A stretch of 64,000 nt of DNA. Source: Terriglobia bacterium (GTDB lineage Bacteria > Acidobacteriota > Terriglobia > UBA7540). A program made the position numbers and the translations under genes. Shown piece after piece: positions 17,716-28,711 of this stretch. The first letter of the stretch is position 1. Each line of letters starts with the position of its first letter. Where the stretch lies: NCBI GenBank assembly GCA_049514855.1, contig JBEKUR010000003.1:12768-76767 (forward strand), given 5' to 3'. The notes below the pieces were generated by a model. The model made no database searches, was not told the origin of the DNA, and saw only the letters and a program-made list of their open reading frames with translations.

Positions 17716-17880
17716 TTGGCCCAAGATGAGCAGGACGCCATAGCCTCCCAGATTTCCGCCGAGCTTGTAGACGAAGCAGCCAAGCGAGCTTTTCCCACCT
17801 CAGTAGCGGCACTCAAGGACGACGGCTGGACCTTGCGGGAGGCGGCGGAGGAAGCTCTCAGGAGGATACGGTCTGAGTAG
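17716..17880 (+). pseudogene. 5'-truncated paralog of the 16130..16345 antitoxin-like gene
   Basis: About 63 nt are roughly 89% identical to 16175-16237 ('QDEQDAIASQI.AEL.DEAA'). The N-terminal 15 codons are replaced by the 17621..17711 element. Confidence 0.55.
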
Positions 17881-17918
17881 CCGCTGGCGTTGCGCATGTT
17901 TCGCGGTACAATAAGCCT

Positions 17919-18188
17919 GTGCCAGAGATCAGCCGATTTTTCGGGATCGTCATTCGGATGTTTGCTGAGGCGGGCTCTCCACATCATGTTGCCCATTTCC
18001 ATGCCTACTATCAGGGCGGGATGGGAATCTTCAGCATTGATCCGGTCGAATTGATCGGGGGTTCGCTGCCGACGCGGCAAAGGCGCTTGGTGGAAGCATG
18101 GGCGGAGTTGCGTCAGGCTGAGCTCAAGGCCGATTGGCAACGATTGCAGGAAGGGCGGAAGCCCACGCCCGTCGAACCGTTGAAATAG
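17919..18188 (+). CDS. DUF4160-domain protein
   Basis: GTG start. 'MPEISRFFGIVIRMF....PHHVAHFHAYYQG' is the DUF4160 signature. Confidence 0.8.
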   Translation: MPEISRFFGIVIRMFAEAGSPHHVAHFHAYYQGGMGIFSIDPVELIGGSLPTRQRRLVEAWAELRQAELKADWQRLQEGRKPTPVEPLK

Positions 18189-18196
18189 GTGGTTCC

Positions 18197-18493
18197 ATGA
18201 CTCATCCGATTTATCGGGTCCGCTGTTTTGAGATCGTCTCGGCGTACACGCTTCGCATTCAGTTTGACGACGATGCTGTGCAGATCATCGACTTTCAACC
18301 GATTCTCGCCGGGGAGATGTACGGTCCACTGCGAAACCTGGAAGTGTTCAACCAGGTTCAGATCGATAGCGAAGCCGGAACGCTGGTCTGGCCTAACGGA
18401 GCGGACTTCGACCCGGCTACACTGCATGACTGGCCAGCACATGAGCGGGCTTTTCGAGAACTCGCCAGCCGCTGGGAACCGGTCGAGGCCTAA
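18197..18493 (+). CDS. DUF2442-domain protein
   Basis: The ATG at 18197 gives 'MTHPIYRVRCFEIVSAYTLRIQFDDDAVQIIDF...LVWPNGADFDPATL'. Usual downstream partner of DUF4160. Confidence 0.8.
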   Translation: MTHPIYRVRCFEIVSAYTLRIQFDDDAVQIIDFQPILAGEMYGPLRNLEVFNQVQIDSEAGTLVWPNGADFDPATLHDWPAHERAFRELASRWEPVEA

Positions 18494-18558
18494 CCATTGC
18501 TGCCAGGGGCGCAGACCCGGCGGGCCTGCGAGTTCGTGAAGCGCGGCGCCACGAGTGG

Positions 18559-19734
18559 TTATTTTGCGGAGGCGAGCCGTGGCGTGACCTGAGTGTCAGG
18601 GCGCAACTCGTCCGTGCCTCGGAGAGCGACCATGTCCCCTTCCCGAAGGTCTCCAAAAACCTCGATCAAACCGCCGCTGGTCGCACCGGTCTTGACGTCC
18701 ACCCACTCGGCCTTGCCATCGCGCAGCCGCACGATGAATACGCGCTCGAGCGTCGTGGTCACGGCGGTCGACGGCACAAAGAGCGTTGGGTTGGGACGCT
18801 CGACCGGCCAGAGCACTTCAGAAAACGTACCGGGGTCGAGGCGACCTGAAGGGTTACTCACCTCGAGTTCCACAGGCATGGTGCGGGTCTTCACATCCAC
18901 CGAGTGAGATATGCGTGCCACTGTGCCGGCGAAGGTTTGGCCGGGGAACGCGGGGACTGTAAAGCTCACCTTGGCTCCTTCGGGAATCCCCGCCGCGTAA
19001 TTTTCGGGCACTGGAACAACCAATCTCAGCCGCGAAAGCGTCTCGACCCGCACCATCGGGACAGAGGCGCCCGGCCCACCCGCAGGACCCACGAGTGCGC
19101 CGGGATGCACGTTCCGTTCCGTCACCACCCCATCAAAGGGTGCTGCGACCTGAAGATATCGTTCGATCTCAGTAACGGATTGAAGTGCCTGCTTCGCTGC
19201 GTTCACATTGTCCTGCGAAGCCTTCACTTGGGCGGCGTCAGCCTGCGCTGCTTTTTCGGCAACGATGAGATCATTGCCGGCCACCACCCCGGGTGTCGCC
19301 GCGGCTGCTTTGAGCTTCTGATAAGTGCTTTCATCGGCAGCCAGCTTGGCTTGCGCTGCTAAGAGTTGCGACTCGGAGCCTTGGAGTTGGGCTTGAGCTT
19401 GCGCGCGCTGCGCCGCCAATTCGGGCGCTTCCAGGCGGGCGATCAATTCCCCAGCCTTCACATGGGAGCCGCGGTCCACTCCGATCCATTTCACGAATCC
19501 AGTGACCTTCGGATAGATGGCCACGACTTCATAAGGCTGTAGCTCGCCGGGAAGGTGGACTGTGATCTTGAGCTTTTGCGAGACAACGCGCACAGCGTCA
19601 ACCGCCGGGATCGGCGCGGTGCCATTGCCCGCCGAGGCTGTTGACCCCGGCGCGCCACCGCCCGAATTGCAGGACACACAGACCCATCCCACCATCATCA
19701 AGAGCGTTATGTGGATCAACCGGAGGCTTTTCAT
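18559..19734 (-). CDS. efflux RND periplasmic adaptor (MFP/HlyD family)
   Basis: Start '[22 protein letters not shown]' is a lipoprotein-type signal. Coiled-coil '[24 protein letters not shown]', then a beta-barrel domain. ATGA overlap with the RND gene stop. Confidence 0.9.
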   Translation of the reverse strand: MKSLRLIHITLLMMVGWVCVSCNSGGGAPGSTASAGNGTAPIPAVDAVRVVSQKLKITVHLPGELQPYEVVAIYPKVTGFVKWIGVDRGSHVKAGELIARLEAPELAAQRAQAQAQLQGSESQLLAAQAKLAADESTYQKLKAAAATPGVVAGNDLIVAEKAAQADAAQVKASQDNVNAAKQALQSVTEIERYLQVAAPFDGVVTERNVHPGALVGPAGGPGASVPMVRVETLSRLRLVVPVPENYAAGIPEGAKVSFTVPAFPGQTFAGTVARISHSVDVKTRTMPVELEVSNPSGRLDPGTFSEVLWPVERPNPTLFVPSTAVTTTLERVFIVRLRDGKAEWVDVKTGATSGGLIEVFGDLREGDMVALRGTDELRPDTQVTPRLASAK

Positions 19735-22700
19735 CGCGTTCCCCCTTGCGGATTCTGTGAATCGGCGGCATGAGGCTCGGCATAGGCACTGCGAGGGTCG
19801 TCGGGATCGAGCGACGGCGAATGGACTTTCGCCCGCTCCTGGACAAGCGAAAATACGGCGGGCAGAATTAACAGCGTCGCGATCGTGGAGGCAAGCAATC
19901 CTCCAATCACCGCCCTTCCAAGAGGAGCGGTTTCTTCCGCGCCTGTGCCAATGGCCAGCGCCATGGGAAGCATGCCCGCGATCATGGCCATGCTGGTCAT
20001 CAGAATCGGACGCATGCGCGTTTGGGCGCTGCGGCGGCCTGCGCGCCCCGCATCGGCTCCCTCGATTCGGTATTGTTCGGCAAAGACTACTAACAGGATC
20101 GAATTCGCCACCGCCACGCCAATGGCCATGATCGCCCCCATGAACGACTCGATATTCAATGATGTCCCGGTCAGTAACAGAGCGAGGACTACTCCGGCAA
20201 CTACTGCCGGGACTGTGGAAAGCACCACGAAAGAAAGCCGCATGGACTGGAAGTTTGCCGACAGCAACAGGAAAATCACCACGACGGCAAGGCCTAGGCC
20301 GACGCCGAGGCTTGCGAGCGTTTGATTCATGGGCGCTATCTGCCCCCGCACGCTGACGGTCACCCCGCGCGGAGGAGGCCCCGCCCTTGCGAGAGAGGCA
20401 TTCACGTCGCCAGCGGCTCGCCCCAGGTCTTCTCCGACAACGTTTGCCGTCAGAGTAAGCAATCTCTGCCCGTTGTAGCGGTCGTACTCTCCCACGACCG
20501 TCCCATAATTCACCTGCGCCAGATCGCCGAGCAAAGGATGCTGGGCAGCTCCAGGCGTGAGGGGAACGTTTTGGAGATCCCCGATGGAAGTCATCTCGGC
20601 TTGTGGGACTTGGACCTGGACCTGATAAGCCACTCCCGATCGCGGGTCGGCCCAATAAACCGGCGTGACGAACCGGCTTGAAGAGGTGGCGTCGACAAGC
20701 GCATCCCCCACTTGCTGGACGGTCACGCCGAGCTGCCCGGCCATTTCCCGATTGATGTTTACATTAAGGCTCGGATAATCCAAAGGCTGCTGAAGTTGGA
20801 GGTCGCGGAGGAACGCAATCCGACTGAGCTCGGCCTGGACCTTCCCAACATACTCGCGATTGGCGGCGAAATCCGGACCGCTCACCGCAACTTCGACCGG
20901 GGTGGGAGCGCCGAAATTCATGATCTGGCTGACGATATCACCTGCTTCGAAGGAGAAGCGGGTGTCGGGGAACATCGCCGGCAGACTCTTTCTGAGCGCG
21001 GCTTGTAGCTCATCCACGCTTACTGGCGAGCCCGGCTTCAGCGCCACTCGCAGCAGGCCGTCCTGTGGTCCGCTCGCCCACAAAGAAATCGTATTGACGG
21101 GGTAGGCGGTTGGAATGGTTCCCACATAGCCGAGTGTGATATCGACGTTCTTCTCACCCGCCAAACGCCTGACCTCTGCCTCGATCCCTAACGCCGTTCG
21201 CTCGGTCACGGACACGCGGCTGCCCGTGGGCGCGTGGAAGCGGAGTTGCATCTGGCCTGCCGAGGCCCGGGGAAAGATCTCGCGCCCGAGTCGCGGACCC
21301 ACAAAGAAGATGATGGCGATCGCAACAGCGAGATAGAGCCCAACAACCGCCCAGCGGAAGGGCGCAAGTCTCTCAAGGATTCTTCCCCAGCCGTCCCGCA
21401 CCCTGGCGAAAGTCAATTTTCCCGCCTCATCCTCGTGCTCAGAATGTTGGGGGAGGATCCACACCGACATGACGGGTATCAGCGAGCTGGAAAGGAAGTA
21501 GGACGCCGCCATGGCAAAGCCTACCGCCAGCGAAAGCGGAACAAAGAGCGACCGTGGCACGCCGGTCATGAAGAATGAAGGCACAAAAACCGCCAGAATG
21601 CAGACCATCGACAAGAAGCGTGGGATAACCGTTCGGCGTGTGGCGTCGAGCACCGCCCGCGCTTTGGATTTGGCTTGGGGAAGGCTGGCGTGGATATTCT
21701 CAATCTCCACCGTGGCCTCATCCACCAGGATTCCGACCGCCAACGCCAGACCGCCAAGCGTCATGATATTGATGGTCTGCCCGGCGCCCCACAAAGCGAC
21801 TACAGCAGTCAGCAAGGCGATGGGGATTGAGGTTACGACAATAACCGCGCTGCGCCAATCCCGCAGGAACAACAAGACGACCAATCCCGTCAATAGGGCG
21901 CCCAGCAGGCCCTCCCGGATGACGGAATTCAGCGCGTTGCGCACGTAGGAGGATTGATCAAACTCCAAACTAATGTGAATGTCGGGCGGCACCAAGGATT
22001 GGAAGCGGGAAAGATTGTTCCTCACCTCTTGAATCACAGCCAGCGTCGAAGCGTCGGCGCGCTTGGTGACTGAGATATAAACGGCGCGCCGCCCGTTCAC
22101 CAGGGCGTACCCGGCCAGAATATCCTGTGCATCCGCCACGATTCCGACATCCCGGAGAAAAACGGTGGGCCCGGCGCCCGTCCGTATAGGGAGATCGAGC
22201 AGGTCTTTGATATTGGTCACTGTGGCGTTCGACGGCGTAATACGCCAGAGATTCCCTGTGCCCACATTCCCCGAGGGGACAATCACATTTCCCGAACTGA
22301 TCGCCTGCACCACTTCCCGCGGCGACATCTGATGCTCGCGCAAGCGCTCCGGGTCTACGCTAATCACAATCGTGCGCTGGTTGCCTCCAAAGGGCGGCGG
22401 CGCCGAGACACCGGGAAGCGTGGCAAACATCGGCCGAACGCGGTTGAGCGCGAGGTCTTGGATCTCGCCCAGCGTCCGCATCGGGCTCGAGAAAACCAGG
22501 TAGCCCACCGGCACGCTGCCGGCGTCGAATCGCATAATGAACGGCGGTACCGTGCCGGGAGGCATGAACGCCCGCGCGCGGTTGACATAGGAGACCGTCT
22601 CTGAGAGCGCCTGGCTCATGTCGGTCCCCGGATGAAAGGTGAGTTTCAGCAGCGCGTTGTTTTGAGCGGATTTCGACTCCACGCTCTCGATCCCGTTGAT

Positions 22701-22919
22701 GTAGAGAAAGTGGTACTCATAGTAGTAGGTGATATACCCTTCCATCTGAGCGGGGCTCATGCCGCCATAGGGCTGCGCCACATAAATCACCGGCAGGTCG
22801 AGCTTCGGAAAGATATCGACCTTCATGCGGCTGATGGCCAGGATAGCGCAAAGGGCAATGCCGATGACGGCAACAATAATGGTAATCGGCCGTCGTAACG
22901 CGGCGCGGATCAGCCACAT
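19731..22919 (-). CDS. efflux RND transporter permease (AcrB/CzcA superfamily)
   Basis: 1062 aa with 12-TM topology. '[23 protein letters not shown]...' is a typical N-terminus. Confidence 0.95.
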   Translation of the reverse strand: MWLIRAALRRPITIIVAVIGIALCAILAISRMKVDIFPKLDLPVIYVAQPYGGMSPAQMEGYITYYYEYHFLYINGIESVESKSAQNNALLKLTFHPGTDMSQALSETVSYVNRARAFMPPGTVPPFIMRFDAGSVPVGYLVFSSPMRTLGEIQDLALNRVRPMFATLPGVSAPPPFGGNQRTIVISVDPERLREHQMSPREVVQAISSGNVIVPSGNVGTGNLWRITPSNATVTNIKDLLDLPIRTGAGPTVFLRDVGIVADAQDILAGYALVNGRRAVYISVTKRADASTLAVIQEVRNNLSRFQSLVPPDIHISLEFDQSSYVRNALNSVIREGLLGALLTGLVVLLFLRDWRSAVIVVTSIPIALLTAVVALWGAGQTINIMTLGGLALAVGILVDEATVEIENIHASLPQAKSKARAVLDATRRTVIPRFLSMVCILAVFVPSFFMTGVPRSLFVPLSLAVGFAMAASYFLSSSLIPVMSVWILPQHSEHEDEAGKLTFARVRDGWGRILERLAPFRWAVVGLYLAVAIAIIFFVGPRLGREIFPRASAGQMQLRFHAPTGSRVSVTERTALGIEAEVRRLAGEKNVDITLGYVGTIPTAYPVNTISLWASGPQDGLLRVALKPGSPVSVDELQAALRKSLPAMFPDTRFSFEAGDIVSQIMNFGAPTPVEVAVSGPDFAANREYVGKVQAELSRIAFLRDLQLQQPLDYPSLNVNINREMAGQLGVTVQQVGDALVDATSSSRFVTPVYWADPRSGVAYQVQVQVPQAEMTSIGDLQNVPLTPGAAQHPLLGDLAQVNYGTVVGEYDRYNGQRLLTLTANVVGEDLGRAAGDVNASLARAGPPPRGVTVSVRGQIAPMNQTLASLGVGLGLAVVVIFLLLSANFQSMRLSFVVLSTVPAVVAGVVLALLLTGTSLNIESFMGAIMAIGVAVANSILLVVFAEQYRIEGADAGRAGRRSAQTRMRPILMTSMAMIAGMLPMALAIGTGAEETAPLGRAVIGGLLASTIATLLILPAVFSLVQERAKVHSPSLDPDDPRSAYAEPHAADSQNPQGGTR

Positions 22920-22921
22920 GA

Positions 22922-24361
22922 CTAATGTCCTCCTGGCGCCGTGCCGTGCAAGAACTGCAAGAAAGGACGCAAGTCACCCTGCGCATAGGCAACATTGAAG
23001 AGCCCACGCCACAAATTCAACCGGGCAATCGCGTCTTCCATTTCCGCCTGGGCCAGCAGATTTTCAGCCTCCGCTACTTCGACGAGGGTTGCCAAGCCGG
23101 CCTCATAACGCGCCCGCGATTGAATTTCCGTTTGACGAGCCGCGCTCAATTCAGTGGGAGTCTCTTGGGCCACCAGTTGGGCTGTCTTCAGTTGATCCCG
23201 AGCGGCTCGAATCTGACCCGTCAAATCCTGAATGGTCTGCTGATAATGGGCCTGCTGCGAGCGTTCGTTGGCTTCCGCAATTTGCTTCTTGGCGCTCAGC
23301 GCCTTGAAATCAAATACGTCTGGAAAGAGGATCGTCAGCCCTGCCACCCAGTTTCCGCGCGCCGGCGCCAACCCGTTCCAATTGCCAATAATGGTCCCGT
23401 TGTTGGGGACCTCGCTGCCGCGGCCGAACCCTTCTGCCTGAAGGAAGAAACGAGGGTAATCACTCCGTTTCAAGACTTTTTCTTGCGCCTGAACTTCCCG
23501 GACGGCAGCCATCTGGTCACGGGCCAGAGGGTGGCCGGAAGGCGAGGCATCCGGCAACGAAGCGGCCGGTGGGGGACCGAGCAGCGGGCCGGCGTCCACT
23601 GTGATTTCATCGCCCGCCGCTCCCATCATTGCCGCGAGGGTGTCCAGGGTCACTTGTTCCGCCTGTTGAGCTTGATAAAGCTGAGTTCTGGCCCGGGAGA
23701 GTTCCGCGTCGGCACGCGAACCGTCCGCACCCGGTCGAAGTTGGTTATCGACCAGGACGCGGACCGACTTGTCAAACACCTGCCAGCGGTCCACGTTGGC
23801 CTGCGCAGCGAGCAGGGCTTGCTGGTTGGCCAGTGCCATGAGAAAGTAATCTCCCACCGCTGTCGCGACCTGGAGTTGCGTCAAAGCCAGGTCGGCCTGC
23901 GCTTTATCTTCCCCGGTTCTTGCCTGCCCCACCATTGCGGGCCGCCGCCCAAAGTCCAAAGGCTCCCAGGAAAAGAGCGCCCCTGCCTGAGCGCCCCAAA
24001 AGCTTTGTCCTCCGGCAGGCCCAATTGGCCCTTCGACTGTGGGTGTGATGGGCGTGGGCAGCCAGATCCCGGGCACTTGGTTTTGGGTGGCACGGCTGGC
24101 TTGATAAACTGAATTCAGTTGCGGCAAGTAGCTGGTGCGTGCCAGTGACACTCCACTTCTGGCCGCTGCTATTTGTTCCATCGAGGCACGGACAGCAGGA
24201 TAGTGCTGAACAGCGTAGCCCAGCGCGTCTTCGAGTGTCAGAACTCTTGGCGGAGGATCGTTCGTTTGCGCGGCCGTGAGGCATGGGAGGAGAACAACAG
24301 CTAACCCAATGGCGGAACCAGCTCGAAGGTACTTCCAAAGGTTTCTCGTCACGATTTTCAA
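22922..24361 (-). CDS. TolC-family outer-membrane efflux protein
   Basis: 479 aa. Signal peptide, then '[19 protein letters not shown]'. Duplicated alpha-helical/beta-barrel repeats. Confidence 0.9.
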   Translation of the reverse strand: MKIVTRNLWKYLRAGSAIGLAVVLLPCLTAAQTNDPPPRVLTLEDALGYAVQHYPAVRASMEQIAAARSGVSLARTSYLPQLNSVYQASRATQNQVPGIWLPTPITPTVEGPIGPAGGQSFWGAQAGALFSWEPLDFGRRPAMVGQARTGEDKAQADLALTQLQVATAVGDYFLMALANQQALLAAQANVDRWQVFDKSVRVLVDNQLRPGADGSRADAELSRARTQLYQAQQAEQVTLDTLAAMMGAAGDEITVDAGPLLGPPPAASLPDASPSGHPLARDQMAAVREVQAQEKVLKRSDYPRFFLQAEGFGRGSEVPNNGTIIGNWNGLAPARGNWVAGLTILFPDVFDFKALSAKKQIAEANERSQQAHYQQTIQDLTGQIRAARDQLKTAQLVAQETPTELSAARQTEIQSRARYEAGLATLVEVAEAENLLAQAEMEDAIARLNLWRGLFNVAYAQGDLRPFLQFLHGTAPGGH

Positions 24362-24385
24362 TCCTCCGTTTTTCGTCGGCGATGA

Positions 24386-24820
24386 TTAATGCCGTGAATG
24401 AGGAAGCCGCCTGTCCGCTGAGAGGGGTCCTGCACCCGCAATCAGAAGGAAAACCAAGCCCATCAGCATCGAGTAATCCGTCCGGGCTTCCGCCTCCATA
24501 GGCCAGAAGCCGTTTTTGAGGAGAATTGGGATCTTCGTCGTGGCGATCGCGACACAGATGTCGATGATTAACGGAATGGACGCGAGCCGGGCGAGCAGCC
24601 CCACGAGAATCAAAAAACCGCACACAATCTCGACAGCACCGACGAATGGCGCCAGAGTGCTGGGCGCCGGGACGCCGATATGTGTGAAGCGGCCAACGCC
24701 CCATTGTTCGGGGAACAAGAACTTCTTAATTCCTTCCAAAAAGAAGACTCCTCCTACCAGGAGACGAATAAGCAAGTTCGCAGCCGAACCGTCGGCGGCC
24801 AGCATCCTCTTCACGGTCAT
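24386..24820 (-). CDS. DoxX-family membrane protein
   Basis: 'LLIRLLVGGVFFLEGIKKF...PFVGAVEIVCGFLILVGLLARLASIPL' is the DoxX signature. Confidence 0.85.
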   Translation of the reverse strand: MTVKRMLAADGSAANLLIRLLVGGVFFLEGIKKFLFPEQWGVGRFTHIGVPAPSTLAPFVGAVEIVCGFLILVGLLARLASIPLIIDICVAIATTKIPILLKNGFWPMEAEARTDYSMLMGLVFLLIAGAGPLSADRRLPHSRH

Positions 24821-24838
24821 AGGTCCCTCCTGTTATCC

Positions 24839-25168
24839 TCAGTCGTCCTCCAGAAGCTCACCGACTAGCTCCTTCACCTTTTCTCTCGCCAGGGCAAGAG
24901 CTTTGCGTCCCGCCGAAGTGGCTCTGTAGACGCGGCGGATCGATCTACCTGACCTTACTTCCCGCGAACGAAGGTAGCCCCTCATTTCAAGACCATGGAG
25001 CAGCGGGTAAAGAGTACCGGCGCTCAACCTGTACCCATGCCTGCGAAGCTCCTCGATCATGCCGAGGCCGAAGATAGGTCCCTCGCAGGCGTGATAAAGG
25101 ATGTGAATGCGAACTAATCCGGAGTAAATGTCCTGACTATTCGCTGGGTTGACTTGAGCAGATTTCAT
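24839..25168 (-). CDS. PadR-family transcriptional regulator
   Basis: 'IHILYHACEGPIFGLGMIEELRRHGYRLSAGTLYPLLHGLEMRGYL' is the PadR winged-helix signature. Confidence 0.9.
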   Translation of the reverse strand: MKSAQVNPANSQDIYSGLVRIHILYHACEGPIFGLGMIEELRRHGYRLSAGTLYPLLHGLEMRGYLRSREVRSGRSIRRVYRATSAGRKALALAREKVKELVGELLEDD

Positions 25169-25252
25169 CGTTCACGTTATCCAATTCGGATATCGAAACC
25201 CGAGTGGCTATATTATCGCGGGTTTTTCTCGGTGTCAATAGCTGGAGCAATG

Positions 25253-25337
25253 CGGTAGTGGGCCAGTTCGGGACTGTAGCGGCGAGTTTACCTCGCCATG
25301 TGGAGGGGTGAAGCCGCCTCCAGACCAAACTGACCGA
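25253..25337. repeat. second copy of the 17621..17711 element family
   Basis: 'ctgtagcggcgagtttacctcgcca' (25273-25297) is identical to 17642-17666. The flanks are only partly inverted-repeat. Confidence 0.55.
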
Positions 25338-25883
25338 GAAATGTCCATGCGTGGAGGGATTGAGGGCAGTGGGAGCACGCCGGCCACGTGCCGAGGTTCG
25401 CGTTGTCCAGTTGGCACTCCTCGGGGTGGTCGACCGTTCATCGCTTACTTTATCAGTTCCACCAGATTTATGGACATCATGTCAGATGGGCCAGCGACGT
25501 CAAGACAGAATTAACGTCTGGGGATGGCGAGATAGTACTCGTACAGTATACTGGCTTTGCGAGCAAGCCGAAGATTTGGCGGTGACCTACTTATGAAAGG
25601 GCGCCCTCCCGCAGCATATCGCCGGATCCACTCGGACGTCCCTCCCCTGCCAGAGTAATCCTGTCACAGGAAAACCGGGCTTTTGCACTTTCCAGAGTCT
25701 ACCGGTGGCCGTGCGGTAAAAGCTAATTGGTAAACAAATAACAGGTTGTGTGCATGTTCACAGAAATGTCACAATGGCGTAACGCGCAATGAACACGGCT
25801 CACCAACCATAGAGTCTGTACGCTAAGCAAGCCGAGCTGATGATCCCAATGAAGCACTAACACTTGAATCGGAGGAGTGAAGA

Positions 25884-27647
25884 ATGCAGCTCATAAGAAT
25901 TCGTAGCATGCTTATCGCAAGTGCCATAGTCCTAATTGCGCTCGCCACACCTGTCTTTTCGCAGACGGCGGCGGACAACTCGTCGAAAGCGTCGAAAGCC
26001 CCCGCCGATGTCTCGTTGCTCAAACAGCAGGTTGCAGAACAACAGAAAGAGATCGAGCAGTTACGTGCAATAGTGGACCAGATGAAACAAAAGCTGGACC
26101 AGTCCTCTAACCCGGCGCAAACCGCAACCACGCAAGCGCCGAACCTCGGGCAGGTGGCCTCGACCAGCCCAATGGTTCCCAAGGCCGCGGAGAAATCCAC
26201 CGCGGGTAGCGACGGGAATCTGATTGCTTCCACCTTGATCCCCTCCGCCGCGGTACGTTCGGCAACGCCGGCGCCCGCTCCGAAGGAGGGGGACCAAGCC
26301 TCACCCCTTCAGTTCCACATCGGCAGCGCGTCCATTACCCCTGTTGGGTTCATGGATTTTACCAGCGTCTGGACCAACCATGACGCCGGCGGCGCTATCG
26401 GGACGAGCTTCGGCAGCATCCCTTACGGCAATGTATGGCAGAACAATCTGAGCCATATCGGTCTCAGCATGCAGAACTCCCGCATCGGCTTTCGCGTGGA
26501 TGCGGACGTGAAAGGCGCTCACGTGATCGGCTATATGGAGGCGGACTTCCTAGGGAACAATGCCTCGAACTACGCTGTGAGCAGCAACAGCAACACGATG
26601 CGGTCGCGGTTATACTGGGTCGATCTTCAAAAAGGAAAGTGGGAAGTCCTGGGTGGCCAAACCTGGAGCTTAATCACTCCGGGCCGCAGTGGCATTTCAC
26701 CTTTGCCGGCTAATCTCTTTTACACCCAAGACACCGACGTGAACTATCAGCTCGGCTTGTTTTGGGGGCGCATCCCGGAACTTCGGTTTGTGTACCATCC
26801 CTCCAAGAAGGTCGCCTTTGCCGTTGCTCTTGACGACCCGGAGCAGTACGTCGGAGGTTCGGGAGGCGGCGGCGCCCCCACCTTCCCGTCGGCTCTCACC
26901 TCCACCTATCCTGGCGCAGAACTTGACAACGGCAGCACGGGCGCGAGCGCCCCGAACCTTGCCCCCGATGTGATTGCAAAGTTGGCTCTCGATCCTTACA
27001 AGCAGGTTCACTTCGAGATCGGCGGAATCGAGCGCAACTTCAAAGTCTGGTATCCCGGCGTCGCTGCCGTCGCTGCCACCTCTACTACCCCTGCCGTCGC
27101 TGCCATCCCTGCCAGCACTTTCTCGGCAGCGGGTGGTGGCGGTTTCCTGAATCTGCACGTGGAACTCTTCAAGGGCTTCCGCGTGGTGACGAACAATTTC
27201 TTGAGCGACGGCGGTGGACGCTACATCTACGGCCAGGCTCCGGACCTGATCGCGCACGCCGACGGCAGCATCTCCCTCATCCACGCCACTTCCACGGTTT
27301 CAGGCTTCGAGTACACACATAAGAAGACAATGATCTATGCCTACTACGGCGGCCTTTACATCGGCCGGAATGTCGCCATCGACACCAACGGCAAGCCGGT
27401 AGGCTACGGGTACACCGGTTCGGCGGCCGGTCAGAATCGGGCCATTCAAGAAGCGACTTTCGGCTTCAACCAGACTATCTGGAAGGATGCGAAGTATGGC
27501 GCGCTGAACTTCATGGGCCAGTATTCGTACCTCACGCGTAGTCCCTGGTACGTGGCATCCGGACAGCCCCCGAATGCGAATATAAACATATTGTTCTTCA
27601 ACTTGCGCTACACGCTGCCGGGCTCTGCTCCTACGATTGGTCATTAA
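25884..27647 (+). CDS. putative outer-membrane beta-barrel porin with N-terminal coiled coil
   Basis: Signal peptide, heptad region 'LLKQQVAEQQKEIEQLRAIVDQMKQKLDQ', then a long alternating Gly/aromatic beta-strand-like sequence. GGAGGA SD. Confidence 0.6.
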   Translation: MQLIRIRSMLIASAIVLIALATPVFSQTAADNSSKASKAPADVSLLKQQVAEQQKEIEQLRAIVDQMKQKLDQSSNPAQTATTQAPNLGQVASTSPMVPKAAEKSTAGSDGNLIASTLIPSAAVRSATPAPAPKEGDQASPLQFHIGSASITPVGFMDFTSVWTNHDAGGAIGTSFGSIPYGNVWQNNLSHIGLSMQNSRIGFRVDADVKGAHVIGYMEADFLGNNASNYAVSSNSNTMRSRLYWVDLQKGKWEVLGGQTWSLITPGRSGISPLPANLFYTQDTDVNYQLGLFWGRIPELRFVYHPSKKVAFAVALDDPEQYVGGSGGGGAPTFPSALTSTYPGAELDNGSTGASAPNLAPDVIAKLALDPYKQVHFEIGGIERNFKVWYPGVAAVAATSTTPAVAAIPASTFSAAGGGGFLNLHVELFKGFRVVTNNFLSDGGGRYIYGQAPDLIAHADGSISLIHATSTVSGFEYTHKKTMIYAYYGGLYIGRNVAIDTNGKPVGYGYTGSAAGQNRAIQEATFGFNQTIWKDAKYGALNFMGQYSYLTRSPWYVASGQPPNANINILFFNLRYTLPGSAPTIGH

Positions 27648-28184
27648 AGGAGCATCAGGCTTCTTTGGTGGCGAAACGACGCCGGGTGGCGCCAAGCTTC
27701 AACGAGCTGCTCCTCGCACTCTTGGAAAACAGCCCGGCTTGGCTCAGTACGTGCGACCGCGCTCAAATCTCTTCGCATTTACGAGGCCTGGGATTTACCC
27801 CATGACACCAGAGCGCGGAATCCCCCGGGTCGTGGCCACGGGCAATTCCAAGGACGCGCAGCCGAGCATGCTTTACACGAACCTTCGTTAGGTGCTGCCG
27901 CGACACGCTGGAACTTCCGGGGGGACGGACCAACAGCCCGCCCCCCCTGGGAACTCTCCTCAGGCCTCCTGTTTGCCTCACTTTGCTTCCAACCCAAGTG
28001 CGAGCCCTCGACAAACTGTTAGGTGAAGGGGGCCTCTCTGCCCGCTGCTGTTAATCCTTGCTTCAGGTCGAAGTGTCGATAGTGCTCGTGGATTTCTGAT
28101 GTACTGCGCCCGACTTAGTCGGTGGGCCCAATGCCCGCGCCGGGTACTGGGGTCATCTGCAAGGTATGGGCGTTGCGAGCCGCG

Positions 28185-28271
28185 GTCATTCCCGCGAAAG
28201 TGGGAATCTACTCGGCAAACCTTCGGGGATGCGCTGTCGACGGGCTGGATTCCCGCTTTCGCGGGAATGAC
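28185..28271. repeat. REP doublet (REPIN-like): two inverted 'gtcattcccgcgaaag.gggaatc' hairpins
   Basis: 28185-28208 and 28247-28271 are reverse complements with 1 mismatch. Each is itself a hairpin (attcccgc/gcgggaat). A third related copy lies at 9995-10019. Confidence 0.7.
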
Positions 28272-28329
28272 TGCGCTCCAAATGACACCAGTACCCGTTC
28301 GGTCTTACCCCGCGACACCCCGTTTCTCA

Positions 28330-28592
28330 CGTCACGGATGGCCCCCCGTTTCCCGGTCACCATCTCGCGTGTAATGGAATCGATCAAGGTGGGCTCTACT
28401 CTTGGCATCAATGCGGGCAGAGGAGAGCGGGGCCTTCTCTGGCAGCCGCGATTTTTCGACCGCGATCTGCGAGGCGTTAAGGAATATTAGGAGAAAGTGG
28501 AATACATTCACCTCAACCCAGTGAGGGCCGACCTCGTCAAACGCGCCGAGGAGTGACAGTGGTCGAGTGTGCATGTTACACGGGAGGCCTGA
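28330..28592 (+). pseudogene. C-terminal half of a RAYT/IS200-like transposase with in-frame stops
   Basis: 'ISRVMESIKVGSTL...LLWQPRFFDRDLRGVKEY*EKVEYIHLNPVRADLVKRAEE*QWSS'. Stops are a TAG at 28488 and a TGA at 28554; the TGA sits where the conserved Trp (TGG) is expected. Confidence 0.7.
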
Positions 28593-28711
28593 GCGCAACC
28601 TTTTGGCCGAACCGCACTCTGGCCAACGATGGTGTACTGCTGCCGACGGATGAACGGGGACGAGTTTGAAACAAGAGCCGCAGAGTCTCCACCTGCTTGT
28701 GTTGAACTCTC

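Noticed and set aside
19735-20655. N-terminal 300-aa extension of listed ORF 18559-20655
   Set aside because: The extension runs through the 3' end of the RND permease gene in another frame. The adaptor protein starts naturally at the ATG at 19734 with a lipoprotein signal and an ATGA overlap.
22925-24112. 395-aa plus-strand ORF
   Set aside because: Antisense shadow of the TolC-family gene. Low-complexity Arg/Gly/Leu-rich translation.
25308-25596. Small overlapping ORFs upstream of the porin gene
   Set aside because: They overlap one another in three frames, begin inside the repeat element at 25253-25337, and have no SD or motif.
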